The translations under genes were made by a program, and so were the position numbers. A stretch of DNA of 64,000 nucleotides from an uncultured delta proteobacterium. GTDB taxonomy: Bacteria; Desulfobacterota; Desulfomonilia; Desulfomonilales; Desulfomonilaceae. The notes beneath the pieces were generated by a model, which saw only the letters and a list, made by a program, of their open reading frames with translations, did no database searches and had not been told where the DNA came from. The stretch lies in the NCBI GenBank assembly GCA_963789265.1, contig CAWBKB010000003.1, forward strand, positions 832,001 to 896,000, written 5' to 3'. Positions 61,082 to 64,000 of this stretch are shown here, one piece after another (within the stretch, counting starts at the first letter, position 1; every line of letters begins with the position of its first letter).

Positions 61082-61331
61082 AATTTTTTGACGCCGGAAC
61101 CCGTGCCGGCTCCAATCGAAGTCTTAACATCACGTGCGCGCTACTCGCTTCAGGGACATGTATGCTAAAATCTTCTTGAAAAGGTGCATGGACTGATGAA
61201 CAAAAGACCGCTCAGCCACAAAAAGGTAGTGTTCCCTCAAGTACCCTTCAGAAGAGTCCCTGAGCGTTCTCATCGTAGGCGGCGAGGAAGCCCTGGAAGG
61301 CGCCCCGCAGATTCTGGATTCACTGGCGATT

Positions 61332-62768
61332 ATGGGATTCACTCTGAGGCTTGTCGGAGTAGTCTATTGGAGCAGGAAGAAGCTTCCCAAGGAATTTGAA
61401 CCCGGTCCGGGCATCCGCGTGTTTCATGATTATGCGAAACCCATCGCTGAAGCGACCCCGAACCTCTTGATCATAACCTCGGACGATCATCGCCTGCGCA
61501 AGCAACTCACGAAGATCATTCCGCCTCGGACCCGAATCCTCGACTCCTTTGCCTTAAACGCGTTCCGTGCTCTGAAAAATGTCTCGGGCCAATTGGGGAA
61601 GACCCAAAATAAGCTGCAAAGCGTGGAATTGATCAAAGAGGTCCTCATGGCCGGTTCCGAGATCAGCATCAAGGTGATCGACGAGGACTTCAAGGTACTT
61701 GAAATCACTAACGATATTCTGGCCAGGGCCAAGATGCCCAAGCAAGACTGCATCGGCAAGTCATGCCATTGGGTCATAAATCGGTACCTGGAACCCTGTC
61801 ATGAAAAGGGGAGCAAATGCCCCGTAGTGGATGTCCTGCGAACCGGACATTCGGCCCATCACGTCCGAGAAGAAATAAGAGCCGACGGAACAGTCGGATA
61901 TTTCACAGTCAGCGCGTATCCTCTGAAAGAGGACGAACGCGGCAAAAAATGCGTCCTTGTGGTTTGGAAAGACGTCACCCGCGTAATGACGCCTGTGCTG
62001 GATCGTCAGGCCGAGAGCATCCGAAAGAATTTCTTACACTTTCTCCAGCAGGACAAGATGGTGGCCTTGGGAAAGCTGGCCGCCGCCGCGGTCCACGAAA
62101 TCAACAACCCTATTCAGGGAATTCTCACCTTTTCCAAACTCATGAGAAGCTCTCTGAATCGGGATAATCTGTCGCCGGAAGAGCTGACAAAATTCCGCCG
62201 CTATCTGGAGCTTATTGCATCCGAATCTTCGCGATGCGGACAGCTTCTCCGAAACCTTCTTTCTTTCGCTCGTCAGGGGGAACTGGAAAAAGACTTCTTT
62301 GACATTGGTGCTCTGTTAGAAGAGATTTTTCTGCTCACGGGCAACCGCATGGAACTTCAGAGCATAACTCTCAAGCGTGAAATAGCCGAACACCTTCCCC
62401 CCATGTACGGAGACCGGGACCACGTCAAGCAGGCTGTGCTGAATCTCGTTCTTAACGCCATCGAGGCTATGCCGAACGGAGGAACCATCTGCACTACGGT
62501 AAAATTGGGTCCTGATAAGGAACACATTAGTATAAGTGTGAGCGATACGGGGGGCGGAATACCCCAAAAGGTCCAGAGAAGCGTTTTCGAACCGTTCGTT
62601 ACAACCAAAGAAGACGGAAAAGGCGTGGGCCTCGGGTTGAGCGTCGTCTACGGCATCGTGGCGCAGCATGACGGCGCCATTGCGGTGGAAAGTCAAGAGG
62701 GTAAGGGAACCAGCTTCGTCCTTACTTTCCCTATCGTCAGGGAGATCTCCAAGCCCAAGGTCTCTTGA
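61332..62768 (+). CDS. PAS-domain sensor histidine kinase (NtrB-like); true start may be ~61190 across a frameshift
   Basis: CIGKSCHW...PC...CPV PAS; LAAAAVHEINNP; NAIEAM; DTGGGI; FEPFVTTK..GKGVGLGL. Confidence 0.9.
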   Translation: MGFTLRLVGVVYWSRKKLPKEFEPGPGIRVFHDYAKPIAEATPNLLIITSDDHRLRKQLTKIIPPRTRILDSFALNAFRALKNVSGQLGKTQNKLQSVELIKEVLMAGSEISIKVIDEDFKVLEITNDILARAKMPKQDCIGKSCHWVINRYLEPCHEKGSKCPVVDVLRTGHSAHHVREEIRADGTVGYFTVSAYPLKEDERGKKCVLVVWKDVTRVMTPVLDRQAESIRKNFLHFLQQDKMVALGKLAAAAVHEINNPIQGILTFSKLMRSSLNRDNLSPEELTKFRRYLELIASESSRCGQLLRNLLSFARQGELEKDFFDIGALLEEIFLLTGNRMELQSITLKREIAEHLPPMYGDRDHVKQAVLNLVLNAIEAMPNGGTICTTVKLGPDKEHISISVSDTGGGIPQKVQRSVFEPFVTTKEDGKGVGLGLSVVYGIVAQHDGAIAVESQEGKGTSFVLTFPIVREISKPKVS

Positions 62769-62801
62769 GGCTTTCTTCACTGAGGAGGCATTGATCCGCT
62801 C

Positions 62802-64000
62802 ATGAGCCGCAAAAACAGATTCATGGTGGTGGATGACGAACTGATCGTAAGGGAATCTCTGGCTGCTTGGCTGGAAAAGGAAGGGGCAATCGTTGACCGC
62901 GCCGAATCGGGAGAGCAAGCGCTGGATCTAATGGAAGGCAATCTCTACGACATTCTGTTTGTGGATATAAAGATGCCCGGCATGGGCGGTTTCGGCCTTC
63001 TGGAGAAGGTGAAGAAATTCTTTCCCACGACGGTTGTTGTTATCATCACAGCTTATGGAACCGTAGAACATGCGGTTGAAGCTATGAAACTCGGGGCCAA
63101 CGATTTCCTAGTCAAACCGTTCGACCCGGAGGGGCTCGGCCTGCTCGTGACCAAACTTCTCGAACACAAAAGGCTACTCGAAGAGACGCAGTACCTCCGC
63201 GGTGAAGTCTCCCGCTGTTGGGCAGGGCCGGACGAAATCATAGGCCGATCTGCATCTATGATCCAATTGTTCGACACTATCCTGGAGATTGCAAATAGCG
63301 AATCCTCAGTACTGATCCTGGGTGAAACCGGTACGGGAAAGGAACTCATCTCCAGGGCAATCCATGCCAATAGCAAGAGAATGGGGGGGCCGTTCGTTCC
63401 CATCAACTGCGGGGCAATCCCGGAATCCCTCATGGAAAGCGAAATCTTTGGCCATGAAAAAGGGTCCTTTACCGGAGCTATCCGGCCCAAGAAAGGTTTG
63501 ATCGAAGTAGCCGAGGGCGGGACTCTCTTCCTGGACGAGGTGGGCGAAATATCCCCCAAAATGCAGGTGGACCTGCTTCGAGTTCTGCAAGATCGGTCTT
63601 TCCGCCGCGTGGGAGGCGTGGAAGCTATTAAAGCTGATTTCAGGCTCATAAGTGCTACGCATCGGGATCTTGCTCAACAGGTCGCACAGGGCTCGTTCAG
63701 GCAAGATTTCTTTTACCGTATCAACGTCATAACACTTCGGGTCCCACCTTTAAGGGAGCGAAAAGAGGACATCTCACTTCTCGCGACGTTCTTCCTTAAG
63801 CGCTTTGCTCGGGAGACCAACCGTGAGGTGGATTCTATAGGCGATGATTCCATGAAAATATTTTTGGACTACGACTGGCCGGGAAATATTCGCGAGCTGG
63901 AAAACGTTGTAGAACGCGCGGTCGTAACTTCTAAGAAAAGGGTTCTTACTGAAGAAAGTTTTGCCTACCTCAATCCCGAAAGCGCAAGCGCTGCACCCGC
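62802..64000 (+). CDS. sigma54-dependent response regulator (NtrC/AtoC family), runs off the window end
   Basis: Manual translation MSRKNRFMVVDDE...DIKMPG...GETGTGKE...ESEIFGHEKGSFTGA...LFLDE...WPGNIRELENVVERA. Confidence 0.93.
   Translation, partial: MSRKNRFMVVDDELIVRESLAAWLEKEGAIVDRAESGEQALDLMEGNLYDILFVDIKMPGMGGFGLLEKVKKFFPTTVVVIITAYGTVEHAVEAMKLGANDFLVKPFDPEGLGLLVTKLLEHKRLLEETQYLRGEVSRCWAGPDEIIGRSASMIQLFDTILEIANSESSVLILGETGTGKELISRAIHANSKRMGGPFVPINCGAIPESLMESEIFGHEKGSFTGAIRPKKGLIEVAEGGTLFLDEVGEISPKMQVDLLRVLQDRSFRRVGGVEAIKADFRLISATHRDLAQQVAQGSFRQDFFYRINVITLRVPPLRERKEDISLLATFFLKRFARETNREVDSIGDDSMKIFLDYDWPGNIRELENVVERAVVTSKKRVLTEESFAYLNPESASAAP

Noticed and set aside
63053..63704. Minus-strand ORFs of 198 and 132 aa
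   Set aside because: Antisense shadows of the sigma54 activator on the plus strand, a common spurious-ORF pattern.

Overview
Chromosomal window from a GC-rich anaerobic deltaproteobacterium; gene content resembles Desulfomonile/Syntrophales, but this is inference. The first half holds the end of the spc/alpha ribosomal operons (secY, adk, rpmJ, rpsM, rpsK, rpsD, rpoA, rplQ), pilMNOP, a four-subunit pyruvate/2-oxoacid:ferredoxin oxidoreductase operon, uvrC, a fused FAD/Fe-S oxidase, a Ser/Thr dehydratase and a Tat-exported IorAB-type molybdoenzyme. The second half holds der, rel, an AsmA-like protein, two-component genes, an ECF sigma/anti-sigma/periplasmic-sensor module, a MoxR/VWA pair, a PBP1B-like gene and a CysC-phosphodiesterase fusion. 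Accessory features are (i) two tandem, separately transcribed Cys/Gly/Pro-rich secreted proteins with duplicated promoters and RBS, (ii) a 1.75-kb collapsed defence island containing an in-frame Res::Mod chimera, (iii) decayed toxin-antitoxin modules, and (iv) many REP palindromes nested inside small MITE-like shells. About 14 single-base frameshifts, several in essential genes, point to assembly indel errors, so split ORFs are treated as single genes. No rRNA, tRNA or CRISPR array was seen.
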